Below are positions 63,644-64,000 of a stretch of 64,000 nt of DNA, one piece after another. The DNA is from Felis catus. Lineage: Eukaryota. The stretch lies in assembly GCF_018350175.1 (NCBI RefSeq), contig NC_058373.1, positions 111,230,001-111,294,000 of the forward strand. The letters run 5' to 3'. The notes beneath the pieces are model-generated. The model was not told where the DNA came from and ran no database searches. It saw nothing but the letters and a program-made list of their open reading frames with translations. Position 1 is the stretch's first letter; each line of letters begins with the position of its first letter. The position numbers were made by a program, and so were the translations under genes.

Positions 63644-63813
63644 TCATGTCGGAGTCTGATAGAAGTCTCTGTTACGCTTCTTTGGGAAAAATTGGATTTG
63701 TTGAGAAAGGACAACTTTCTCATCCAGGCTGATGCCCCATCGAAGCTTGCCTGTGTTTTTGTACAGCTCATCGTAGATGAGGGACCTGTGCTTGCAAGGG
63801 CTTTGTGGGTACC
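63644..63813 (-). CDS. Candidate last coding exon of an unidentified gene extending beyond the window: (x)YPQSPCKHRSLIYDELYKNTGKLRWGISLDEKVVLSQQIQFFPKKRNRDFYQTPT*
   Basis: Acceptor TTCTGTGTTGCTTGTTCCCAG|GG (AG at 63815-63814), open frame to TGA 63646-63644, many C/G-ending codons in the first half, ATTAAA at 63575-63570 downstream of the stop. Confidence 0.55.
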
Positions 63814-64000
63814 CTGGGAACAAGCAACACAGAATCAAGGAGATTCTGTGTGGCCTTTAACGCCACCACTGGTTCTGGTATCTCCAGGAGAGAGAGACTC
63901 TGTTGGCCAGGACACTGGCATTCTCATGAGGGGCACTGTTAGCAATAAGGCCTTTTGGAAAGCGTTCTCTAGAATCAAACATTTACTAGGCTAGGCGCAG

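Noticed and set aside
1..64000. Prokaryote-style systems (CRISPR arrays, operons, defence or toxin-antitoxin loci, rRNA)
   Set aside because: The sequence is mammalian; there are no regularly spaced repeat-spacer arrays, no long ORFs and no rRNA-like sequence.

Overview
Mammalian genomic DNA, almost certainly felid, judged from many cat-type tRNA-derived Can-SINEs (SINEC_Fc-like) and carnivore L1 3' ends. It is largely non-coding and dense in interspersed repeats: about 29 Can-SINEs, L1 fragments, MIR/L2 relics, solo LTRs (MER21-, MER34-, MLT1-, LTR16-like and a younger ERV LTR), hAT DNA-transposon fossils (Tip100-like, Charlie1, MER63, MER20) and microsatellites. I cannot support a complete protein-coding gene. 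Almost all listed ORFs look like chance ORFs or repeat translations. The best coding candidate is a minus-strand terminal exon at 63644-63813 of a gene lying beyond the right edge, which I cannot name. Two CpG-rich promoter-like islands (about 17.3-17.7 kb and 53.1-53.8 kb) have candidate first-exon donors but no recognisable downstream coding exons. I found no convincing novel biological system. The notable observations are these orphan promoters, re-used retrotransposon target sites, nested insertions and compact palindrome-plus-duplication scars. Repeat subfamily names come from recalled consensus sequences and need Dfam/RepeatMasker confirmation; boundaries of old repeats are approximate.
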